Below are positions 27,653-35,552 of a stretch of DNA of 64,000 nucleotides, piece by piece. The notes below the pieces were generated by a model. It saw only the letters and a list, made by a program, of their open reading frames with translations, did not search any database and was not told where the DNA came from. The stretch's first letter is position 1. Each line of letters starts with the position of its first letter. The position numbers and the translations under genes were made by a program. Source of the stretch: a virus; the IMG/VR virus record IMGVR_UViG_3300022699_000224, positions 1-64,000 of that record. The stretch is one strand, 5' to 3'.

Positions 27653-27918
27653 TGAGTAAAAGAAAGAATAAATATATAAGAAAGTTAAGAAAATTAAATA
27701 AGTCATGGCAATTATTAAATAGAGGTTTAAGTTTAATTAAAAAGGTTTTTCCTAAAGATAAAGATATAGATTATTATTATTGGAAGATTGATAAATTAAG
27801 TAATAAATTGGTTATTCTAATAAGAAATAAATTAGAAAGTAAATATGTGAACGAAGAATGGAAAAAAATGGTCAAGAGATTAACAGATAATAAAGGTGAT
27901 AACAAATGGGAAGTATAA
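27652..27918 (+). CDS. Hypothetical protein
   Basis: ORF, TAATG coupling. Confidence 0.5.
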   Translation: MSKRKNKYIRKLRKLNKSWQLLNRGLSLIKKVFPKDKDIDYYYWKIDKLSNKLVILIRNKLESKYVNEEWKKMVKRLTDNKGDNKWEV

Positions 27919-28079
27919 GAGCATTTGAATGTCAAAAATGCGGAATATATATATCTTATAAACAAATAGGAACATTACAATATAATAAAGTATATATAAA
28001 GAAATGTTCTAAGTGTAATTATATAAATAAAGTGATTTTGAATAAATATAATGATGATAAAAATAAGGAGAAATCATGA
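27906..28079 (+). CDS. Small zinc-ribbon protein
   Basis: CQKC...CSKC, 57 aa, ATGA-coupled to next gene; below ORF-track cutoff. Confidence 0.55.
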   Translation: MGSIRAFECQKCGIYISYKQIGTLQYNKVYIKKCSKCNYINKVILNKYNDDKNKEKS

Positions 28080-28525
28080 GAGTAAGAGAATTAGAAAAAT
28101 TATTTAAATCTGAAGATACTTTAGAAGAAGTATTAGATAAATGTAAAGAAGATTTTGAATTAATAGATTATAATGCTAATACAGTATTAAAAATGAATTT
28201 ATCATCTAATCCTGAAGAAGTTAAAAAAACATTAAATGAATTGTCAGGAGCTTCTATGAATTTAAGACCTATTTTGGCTATAGCCAAAACTATTAAAAAG
28301 AATAAAGAATTAGTTAAATATCATAATTTAAAGACTGATATAGTAAATAATGGAAAAAAATTTGTATCTGCTTCCGTAGAAAGAGAGGCAAGTGCTTATG
28401 TTAAATCTTATAGAAGAGTTAGAAATATTATAGAAGCATATGTGGAAAGTGCTGATAAAGGTATAAGTTCTTTACAAAGTATATTAAAGGAATTAATTAC
28501 TGAAAAAAATAGTGAAAAGGAATAA
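28076..28525 (+). CDS. Helical hypothetical protein (possible recombination mediator)
   Basis: ORF, AAGGAG RBS; function only guessed. Confidence 0.55.
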   Translation: MRVRELEKLFKSEDTLEEVLDKCKEDFELIDYNANTVLKMNLSSNPEEVKKTLNELSGASMNLRPILAIAKTIKKNKELVKYHNLKTDIVNNGKKFVSASVEREASAYVKSYRRVRNIIEAYVESADKGISSLQSILKELITEKNSEKE

Positions 28526-28544
28526 TAATTGATAGAGGTAACAA

Positions 28545-28946
28545 ATGGATAATTCTAATATTTTTAAAATTTGGGGAGAACGTAGAAGATTATTATTAAC
28601 GGATAAATCTGAAATAGATTTATTATATTTAAAAAAAGATTGTTTTTGTTCTACACATAGACATGATAAAAAAATTAATAGATTTGTAGTTGTAGACGGA
28701 AGAGTAAAAATAGAAACTGAATTTGGTAGTAAAATACTATATAAAAATGATACATGGGAAGTTAATCCTAAAACTATACATAGATTTATTGCTTTAAAAA
28801 ATAGTATTATGATAGAATTGGCATACGTTAATAAAGGTAAAATAAATCCTAAAGATATTAAGAGATTTTATCAAGGTGGTAAAATTATTAATAATGAATA
28901 TATTAGTGAAAATGAACTTAGAAAAAAAGGATTATTAGAATTATGA
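28545..28946 (+). CDS. Cupin-fold protein
   Basis: K.WG, CS.H.H..K...F.V..G, HRF. Confidence 0.75.
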   Translation: MDNSNIFKIWGERRRLLLTDKSEIDLLYLKKDCFCSTHRHDKKINRFVVVDGRVKIETEFGSKILYKNDTWEVNPKTIHRFIALKNSIMIELAYVNKGKINPKDIKRFYQGGKIINNEYISENELRKKGLLEL

Positions 28947-29224
28947 AAACTTTAGCGTTATATGAGAATATTAAAAAATTCAAACTTAATATTACATCTG
29001 CGGATTTACAGTCATTTAATACTTGTGAAAAGTTAGCTGATTATATTTATAATAAAGTAATAGATAAAGAAAATATAGATGATATTTTAAATCGTGTTAT
29101 TATAAAACAAATTAAAATTGAACCTAATCAAGATAAAATGAGTTCTATTTATATAATATATTATTTATTAGAAGAGATACTAGATGCTAAAGAGTGTTAT
29201 GAACGATTAAAAATAGGATTATAA
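28943..29224 (+). CDS. Hypothetical protein
   Basis: ORF, ATGA coupling. Confidence 0.55.
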   Translation: MKTLALYENIKKFKLNITSADLQSFNTCEKLADYIYNKVIDKENIDDILNRVIIKQIKIEPNQDKMSSIYIIYYLLEEILDAKECYERLKIGL

Positions 29225-29225
29225 T

Positions 29226-29714
29226 ATGGATTCTAGACATCTTATTATTTTAGTTGGAAATATAGGAACAGGTAAAACTACACTAGTTAAAAAATATCAA
29301 AAAAAGGGATATGTAGTTATTGCTAGAGACCAATTACGATATACTATAGGTAATGGAGAATATATTTTTAATCATAATTATGAACCTATTATTTGGGATT
29401 CCGAATTATATATGTTTGAAAGATTTATAGAATTAGGCGTTGATGTTATAATTGATGAAGTAGGATTAAATAAAAAAATGAGAAATAGATATATTTCTAA
29501 AGCAAAATATTACAATTATTTTATAACTGTTATAGTATTTCCAAAATTAACTATGAAAGAATCTGTTGATAGAAGATTAAATAATCCACATGGACAACCT
29601 GATAGAAATTTATGGGAAAGAGTATGGAAAAATTTTGATGAAATATATGAAGAACCTACTAAAGATGAAGGTATTGATGAAATTATAAGGTTAAAAAGGG
29701 AGGATGTTATATGA
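29226..29714 (+). CDS. P-loop kinase (polynucleotide-kinase-like)
   Basis: GNIGTGKTT, RD.LR, VIID, EEP...EG. Confidence 0.8.
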   Translation: MDSRHLIILVGNIGTGKTTLVKKYQKKGYVVIARDQLRYTIGNGEYIFNHNYEPIIWDSELYMFERFIELGVDVIIDEVGLNKKMRNRYISKAKYYNYFITVIVFPKLTMKESVDRRLNNPHGQPDRNLWERVWKNFDEIYEEPTKDEGIDEIIRLKREDVI

Positions 29715-29926
29715 GTATGCATAAATCTTTAAAAATTAAAAAGTTTAATAAAAAGAAAAAAAGAAATGTTAGAAAAAAACATGAAAGATTTTTAAAATAT
29801 ATGGAAAATGTGGGTAAAAAGAAAGCATATAAAAACGTATTTAATCTTCCTAAAGAGAAAGTTATTAAGTTTAAAGTTAAGAAAAAAGAAGAAAAAGATA
29901 CAGAAGAAACTGATAATATTGTTTGA
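29711..29926 (+). CDS. PVC-superphylum 'small basic protein' homolog
   Basis: MSMHKSL...KRNV.K..ER.......VFNLPK pattern. Confidence 0.7.
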   Translation: MSMHKSLKIKKFNKKKKRNVRKKHERFLKYMENVGKKKAYKNVFNLPKEKVIKFKVKKKEEKDTEETDNIV

Positions 29927-29949
29927 TTTAATAAAAAAGGAATAGTTAT

Positions 29950-30609
29950 ATGTATTTAATAAAAAGAGTTTTAGAATGGAATAAAGATAATAATGGTTGG
30001 AGTATTTGTCCTAATGATAATTCTATTAAAATTAAAATAGGCGATGAAGTAAATGTTAGCCCACGTGCTGTAATAGATAAAGAAGCTATAATTGGAAACA
30101 GAGTTATAATTGGAGATGATACAGAAATAGGCGATACTACATATATAGATGATGATGTTGAAATTGGTAATAATGTTGATATTGGCTCTGATGTAATAAT
30201 TAGCAGTCATACTAAAATTGGTAATCAAGTTATAATTGGTAGTATGACTCAAATGGGTTTTTATACTAAAATTGGCAATCAAGTTACCATAGGCAAATGC
30301 ACAGGATTAGGATTAGGAACTACTATAGGCGATGGAACTAAAATAAGCAGTGGGGTAAATCTATATGCAGGAATTGAAATTGGAGATAATGCTAAGATTT
30401 TAAAAACTCCTTTACAAATTCAAGGTTCTAAAGATTTGGTTATATATGCTGAAGATTTAATTCAGATAGGTATGGATAGTAATAATAGAATGAGTATAAA
30501 AGAATGGGAAGAAAAAGCAGATAATATATTAAAAAAATGTAATTATACTTCAAAACAGATAAAAGAATATAAACAATATTTAAATTTTATAAAAGGATTT
30601 AATAAGTAA
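29950..30609 (+). CDS. Hexapeptide-repeat (LbH) protein
   Basis: IGxxVx repeats; C-terminus KTPLQIQGSK...IQIG...SIKEW...Y...QIKEYK.Y shared with ORF 1-483. Confidence 0.85.
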   Translation: MYLIKRVLEWNKDNNGWSICPNDNSIKIKIGDEVNVSPRAVIDKEAIIGNRVIIGDDTEIGDTTYIDDDVEIGNNVDIGSDVIISSHTKIGNQVIIGSMTQMGFYTKIGNQVTIGKCTGLGLGTTIGDGTKISSGVNLYAGIEIGDNAKILKTPLQIQGSKDLVIYAEDLIQIGMDSNNRMSIKEWEEKADNILKKCNYTSKQIKEYKQYLNFIKGFNK

Positions 30610-30625
30610 AATAGGAGGTATATTT

Positions 30626-30823
30626 ATGGGTGATGTTATTAGAGCAACTGCAATAAATTATTTAAACTTTTTTAAAAAAGCATATAAGAAATATAAAGCA
30701 ACTGATAAGGATACTCGTATGAAAACCGCTTTAAATAGGATAGAGAAATTTATTAAAAAACAACCTACAATAGAAAATTTTATGCGAGAAGAAATAAAGA
30801 AAATTAAAAATGAAATTAATTAA
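30626..30823 (+). CDS. Hypothetical protein
   Basis: ORF with AGGAGGT RBS. Confidence 0.55.
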   Translation: MGDVIRATAINYLNFFKKAYKKYKATDKDTRMKTALNRIEKFIKKQPTIENFMREEIKKIKNEIN

Positions 30824-33800
30824 TATACATAGTAATGGAAGAACTATATATTTATTTTGGAGAGATAACGAAAATAAATTACATGTAAAACGTAAAAAAG
30901 ATTTTTTTCCTTATTATTATGAAATATCTCCAAATGAAGAAGGGAAATATAAAGGATATGATAATTCTCCATTGAAAAAAATATATGTATCTAAACCAAA
31001 CGAAGTCAGAAAATTAAGAAGCTCTAACGCATATGAGGCAGATATAATATTTACTAAACGATTCTTAATAGATAAAATAGATAAAATAGAGCCTTGTCCT
31101 ATAAAAATTGCTTATATAGATATAGAAGTTAAAGCTCCTGAATTTCCTAATCCTGATAACGCACAATATCCAGTTTCATGTATTAGCGTCGGTAACTCTT
31201 TTAAAAAAGAAATTAAAACTTTTTGGATAAAAAATTTTGATACTGAATTTGATTTAATAGAAACATTTATAAAATATATGAGAAAAGAAAAGTATGACCT
31301 TTTTTGTAGTTGGCATGTAGATTTTGATTATAATTATTTATATAATCGTTATCCTGATTTTGCAAAAAAACTTAGTCCAATAAATGAAACTAGATATGGT
31401 AACGATAAAGTCTTATATCCTGCTGGAATATCTATTATAGATTATTTAAGCTGGTTTAAAGCATTTACAAGAAATAAATATAGAGTATATAGTTTAGACG
31501 CAGTTGCTCAAAAAGATTTACAAGAAAAAACATGGGGTAATACTGATTTTGATTCTTTAAATGATGAAATTAAAAAAAAGAATATTAATGATGTTAAAAG
31601 AATGATTAAATTGGAAAATAAATATAATATAGTTTCATTATTTGATGAAATTCGTAGATTTTCTAAAGTAGAATGGGAAGATTTAGGAACTTATAATTCT
31701 AGAGTTATAGATATGTTAGTATTACAAGAAGCAAAAAATCAAAAAATAGTTTTACCTATGAAACCAAGAGATAAGATAAAAGAAGAATTCGAAGGAGCAT
31801 ATAGAGATACTTATGAAACAGGTAGATTTTTTAATGTAGGCAAATATGATTTAAGCGGTGCTTATATGTATGCTATTATAGATTTAGCTTTAGATTCTGC
31901 TAATATTAAAGAAAATTCTAATAATAATACTATACCTGTTAATATTACAGATAGAAAAACTCATAAAATTTTGAATACGTATAATGTAGAACAAAATAAA
32001 AACGGTATATTACCATTAGTAGCAAAAAAATTAATTGATGAAAAGAATAAATTAAAAAAAGAACGAGCTTTATTAGACCCTAATTCAGAAGAATATAAAA
32101 TATTAGATAAACGATATGATGCTTTAAAGGTTATAGTGCTTAGTTGTTGGGGAGTTATAGGTAATCAGTATTTCAGATTATTTGATTCTAGAGTAGCAGG
32201 GATGATTACTTCTGTAGTTAGAAGTCTTATTTGGTATGTAGATGATAAATTGAAAGAATTAGGATATAAAGTCTTATATGTTGATACAGATGGGTTAATA
32301 ATAGATGATAAAGGGGAAACTATTACAGATTTATTAAATGATTTAATAACTAAATGGGCTAAAGAAAAATTTAATAAAAAGGTATCTATAAGATTTGATT
32401 GTGAAGGACATTTTGAGAAATTATATATTGCTACTAAATGCAGATATAAAGGTTATTTAAAAACAGATACAGGTATTAAAGAAGAAACTAAAGGATTAGA
32501 AATTAAAAGAAAGGACTCAACTAAGTATATACAGAAATTTCAGGATAAATTGATTGATAAAATTTTAAATAAAGAATCAGAAGAAATAGTTATTAAATGG
32601 ATTAATAACAAAATTAATAATTTTAAAAATAATAAATTAACTGATATTGCATTTCCTTGTAAATTATCTAGGAAACCTAATGATTATAAAAATATTCCTA
32701 TATTTTTAAGAGCATTAAATAATACTGAAAATTTTAATAAAAAAGTAGGGGAATTATATTATTATATTTATGTTAAGCCTAATAAAGAGAGAAAACGTAA
32801 AACAATTATAAAAGTAAAAGAAAAAGAAAATATAATATTAAATAAAGATTTATCTAGAAAGGAAGGTATAGTATACGCAAGAAAAACTTATGAGAATTCT
32901 AATTTGAAAACATCAGATATAAGTGTATTACATAAAAGAGAAAAAGCTAAAGATGTAGTAGCATTTGATAAAGATAACTATGACCATATAAATAAAGAAG
33001 ATATTGATTGGAAAAAAATGATTGATAGAAATATAATGATGAAAATAGATTCTATATTTAAATCTATGAAATGGGATATAAAAAAATTAAATTTTGCGGA
33101 GGAAGTGTCGAAAGAGACACATCGAAATACCATTTCGAAAAGTAAGGTGCAAGTCCTTAACTCCGCTCCAAAATCTAATAATAAAAAATATCCTAATGAT
33201 TATCCAATAGAAAAAGGTAAAACTTTATCTAAAGAAGAATTAAAAAAATTAAATTTAAAGTGTAAACCAAAAATAAAAAATAGAGATAAAATAGAAGAAT
33301 TTTTAAAAATAAATAATAATAAACAAATAAAAGCATTAAAAAATAATTTTAATCCTGAACCTTATATAGAAGAATATAATTTAGATTTTCAATGGGTTAG
33401 TTTCATTAATACTATTAGTTCTACTATGTTTAAAAATAGACCTGGAAGAAGTATTAAATTATTAGTAAAAGATAAAAATTATGATTTTATATATGGAATT
33501 ATTTCTTTAAGTAGTCCTATGATTAATAAAAAAATTAATAAATACTTTAAAGATAATAATAAAATGCCTAAAGTAGATTTTAATTTTATAAATAGACATA
33601 TTATAGATATAAATGTATGTGTAGGAACAGGAATATTAACTAAATATTTAACAGGTAAATTGTTAACATATATTGCATTATCCGAAGAAATTAAAAATAT
33701 GTGGGATAAAAAATATAATACTGATATAAAATATATAATGACTACTTCTATTTATGGAAAATCATCTATTTATAATAGAATTAAATCATTTAAATTTTTA

Positions 33801-34109
33801 GGATTATCTGAAGGTTGGAATGTAACTTTTACTCAAAAACAAATAGATTGGTTAAAAAAAGAACATAAAAAACTATATCCTCATCATAAACTTTCAATTT
33901 CAGGAAAATCGTCTCATTTGTTCCGTAGATGGAATCAAGTTTGGAGAAAATACCATGATAAAATGCCATTTTTTCCTTATAAATTAAGAAGAGGAACTTA
34001 TTTATTTGATATTAATAAAACTCCTTTTTTAAGTATAAAAGATAATATAAAATATTGGAAAAAAAGATGGTATTATCCTAGAAAGGAAAGATTAAAGAAT
34101 GAAAAATAA
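30810..34109 (+). CDS. Family-B DNA polymerase fused to C-terminal DUF4338/DruA-like (Mom/GNAT-like) domain
   Basis: Exo YIDIE, FDYNYL; Pol EGAY, YDLSGAY, K...LS.WG, YVDTDG, KGLE.KR.D; after about aa 850 RPGRSIKLLVKD...GIISLSS...GKLL...TTSIYGKSSIYNR...FLGLSEG. Confidence 0.9.
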   Translation: MKLINIHSNGRTIYLFWRDNENKLHVKRKKDFFPYYYEISPNEEGKYKGYDNSPLKKIYVSKPNEVRKLRSSNAYEADIIFTKRFLIDKIDKIEPCPIKIAYIDIEVKAPEFPNPDNAQYPVSCISVGNSFKKEIKTFWIKNFDTEFDLIETFIKYMRKEKYDLFCSWHVDFDYNYLYNRYPDFAKKLSPINETRYGNDKVLYPAGISIIDYLSWFKAFTRNKYRVYSLDAVAQKDLQEKTWGNTDFDSLNDEIKKKNINDVKRMIKLENKYNIVSLFDEIRRFSKVEWEDLGTYNSRVIDMLVLQEAKNQKIVLPMKPRDKIKEEFEGAYRDTYETGRFFNVGKYDLSGAYMYAIIDLALDSANIKENSNNNTIPVNITDRKTHKILNTYNVEQNKNGILPLVAKKLIDEKNKLKKERALLDPNSEEYKILDKRYDALKVIVLSCWGVIGNQYFRLFDSRVAGMITSVVRSLIWYVDDKLKELGYKVLYVDTDGLIIDDKGETITDLLNDLITKWAKEKFNKKVSIRFDCEGHFEKLYIATKCRYKGYLKTDTGIKEETKGLEIKRKDSTKYIQKFQDKLIDKILNKESEEIVIKWINNKINNFKNNKLTDIAFPCKLSRKPNDYKNIPIFLRALNNTENFNKKVGELYYYIYVKPNKERKRKTIIKVKEKENIILNKDLSRKEGIVYARKTYENSNLKTSDISVLHKREKAKDVVAFDKDNYDHINKEDIDWKKMIDRNIMMKIDSIFKSMKWDIKKLNFAEEVSKETHRNTISKSKVQVLNSAPKSNNKKYPNDYPIEKGKTLSKEELKKLNLKCKPKIKNRDKIEEFLKINNNKQIKALKNNFNPEPYIEEYNLDFQWVSFINTISSTMFKNRPGRSIKLLVKDKNYDFIYGIISLSSPMINKKINKYFKDNNKMPKVDFNFINRHIIDINVCVGTGILTKYLTGKLLTYIALSEEIKNMWDKKYNTDIKYIMTTSIYGKSSIYNRIKSFKFLGLSEGWNVTFTQKQIDWLKKEHKKLYPHHKLSISGKSSHLFRRWNQVWRKYHDKMPFFPYKLRRGTYLFDINKTPFLSIKDNIKYWKKRWYYPRKERLKNEK
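33096..33170 (+). tRNA. tRNA-Gly(ACC)-like element embedded in frame in the polymerase gene; probably non-proteinogenic
   Basis: GCGGAGG AA GTGTC-GAAAGA-GACAC A TCGAA-ATACCAT-TTCGA AAAG TAAGG-TGCAAGT-CCTTA ACTCCGC T CCA. Confidence 0.85.
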
Positions 34110-34311
34110 ATGTAAGTGTAAAAAACCAGATAGAGTAATAAGTATTCTTAATGGAATAGGTTTTAAATGTGCAAAGTGTAATAAGTGGATAAAAATATTT
34201 CATAAAAAGTTTCATAAACCTACTAAAATAAGAAAATCTAAGAAGAAATATAATAGAAGAAAAGCAAAAAAGAAATTAAGACAAAAATTAAGAGAGGAGG
34301 ATATTTCATGA
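34099..34311 (+). CDS. Small basic protein, Zn-ribbon plus ArfA-like basic tail
   Basis: CKC...CAKC; FHKPTKIRKSKKKYNRRK. Confidence 0.55.
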   Translation: MKNKCKCKKPDRVISILNGIGFKCAKCNKWIKIFHKKFHKPTKIRKSKKKYNRRKAKKKLRQKLREEDIS

Positions 34312-34451
34312 TTTATTTGATTATATTAGCAATGTTAATATTAGTTGCTTTTATTGCAGGTATGTTTGTTCAAAGAAATAATTATATTCTAAAACCAAAA
34401 AAACCTAAAGATATGCATTATGGTAAAATTAATAACTAGGAGGTGAGGTAA

Positions 34452-34691
34452 ATGATTAAAGGTCAAGATTTAAATATTGAACTTAAAAAATTAGATTTAA
34501 AAATCAGTAAATCTAGCATTACCAATTCTGATGTAGTTAAAGCTATAACTTTACTTATTAAATTAGCTAGAGATATTAGACAAAATCAAGTTTTGATGAT
34601 GAAAGAGAGGGGTATAGATTTGATAAAGCCTCCAAAAGAAAAAAGAGATAAAGATAATACAGAACCTACTAAATCAGATACTAAAAAATAA
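34452..34691 (+). CDS. Hypothetical protein
   Basis: ORF, GGAGGTGAGGT RBS. Confidence 0.6.
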   Translation: MIKGQDLNIELKKLDLKISKSSITNSDVVKAITLLIKLARDIRQNQVLMMKERGIDLIKPPKEKRDKDNTEPTKSDTKK

Positions 34692-34699
34692 TTAATTTC

Positions 34700-34774
34700 G
34701 GGGCTTGTGGTTTAATAGCCTGATAACTTACTAGGGATTCCTGGTGAGAAATTGTAGATTAACTACCAAGCCCC
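34700..34774 (+). ncRNA. Candidate structured RNA/DNA element (nested stem-loop)
   Basis: GGGGCTTG/CAAGCCCC closing stem; inner hairpin 34727-34748. Confidence 0.45.
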
Positions 34775-34789
34775 TTTACGGAGTAAGAG

Positions 34790-35224
34790 ATGAAATTAGA
34801 ACAGCAAGTATGTAGTTTAGAATTAGCCAAGAAACTTAAAGAGTTAGGAGTTAAGCAAGAGAGTTTGTTTTATTGGCAGAGATATACAGAAAAAAAGACA
34901 GGTATTGAAGAATGGGATTTAGCCCTAAGAGGTAAACATACAAGAGATAACGCTTGGAGTTGTTTAACAGGTAATTACCACGATGGGAGACAATGGATAA
35001 GTCATTGGGTAGAAAAAGATGAGGAATACTCCGCCTTCACAGTTGCAGAGCTTGGGGAGATGTTGCCTAAGGGAACTCAATCATATCATACTTCGTTTGA
35101 CTGGTGTTTAACAAATCCTAAATGGGCAACTTCTTATATACAACCAAATTCAACCTTTCTAACATATACCGACACCGAAGCCAACGCCAGAGCCAAGATG
35201 CTTATATATTTAATTGAGGAATAA
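34790..35224 (+). CDS. Conserved phage hypothetical protein (higher GC)
   Basis: LE.QV.SLELAKKLKELGVKQES.FYW...SAFTVAELGEMLP...TEANARAKMLIYL. Confidence 0.75.
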   Translation: MKLEQQVCSLELAKKLKELGVKQESLFYWQRYTEKKTGIEEWDLALRGKHTRDNAWSCLTGNYHDGRQWISHWVEKDEEYSAFTVAELGEMLPKGTQSYHTSFDWCLTNPKWATSYIQPNSTFLTYTDTEANARAKMLIYLIEE

Positions 35225-35229
35225 AAAAA

Positions 35230-35510
35230 TGACTAACCCCAATTGCCTTATGTGGCGTGGTAGCCTACTGATAGTTTTTTAGTGTTTAACTTGCAAAAAT
35301 AACACTACGTTACAATAATTCGTTTCGTGAAATTAATCAACAGAGCAGACCAACTGCCCTATGGCAAAAGGGGTAATGGGGGCTAGATTGGAAAATCAAA
35401 ATAAGTTATTAAAAGGTTCTTTCTGGTTGAAAAAATCCACTAAGAATGATATTTAAATTGCCCCAAGCCCTCTGCAACGCTAAAGAGAGAACAGTCAAGG
35501 TAAAAGATAC
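35230..35510. ncRNA. Candidate structured non-coding RNA
   Basis: About 300-nt ORF-free, GC-enriched spacer with complementary segments. Confidence 0.35.
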
Positions 35511-35552
35511 CTAAAAAAGATAAAAAATATTTAAATAAACGATTAATTTATT

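Noticed and set aside
33096-33170. Ordinary translational tRNA or an integration (att) remnant
   Set aside because: It lacks U8, D-loop GG and TTC, has an ACC anticodon and lies in frame inside a CDS. It is full length and not duplicated in the window, unlike an att fragment.
33370-34109. A Druantia defence system
   Set aside because: Only a DruA/DUF4338-like domain is present, fused to PolB; no DruE-like helicase or other dru genes.
34700-35510. IS200/IS605 or IscB element
   Set aside because: The hairpin resembles such element ends, but no TnpA, TnpB or IscB ORF is present; kept only as candidate structured RNAs.
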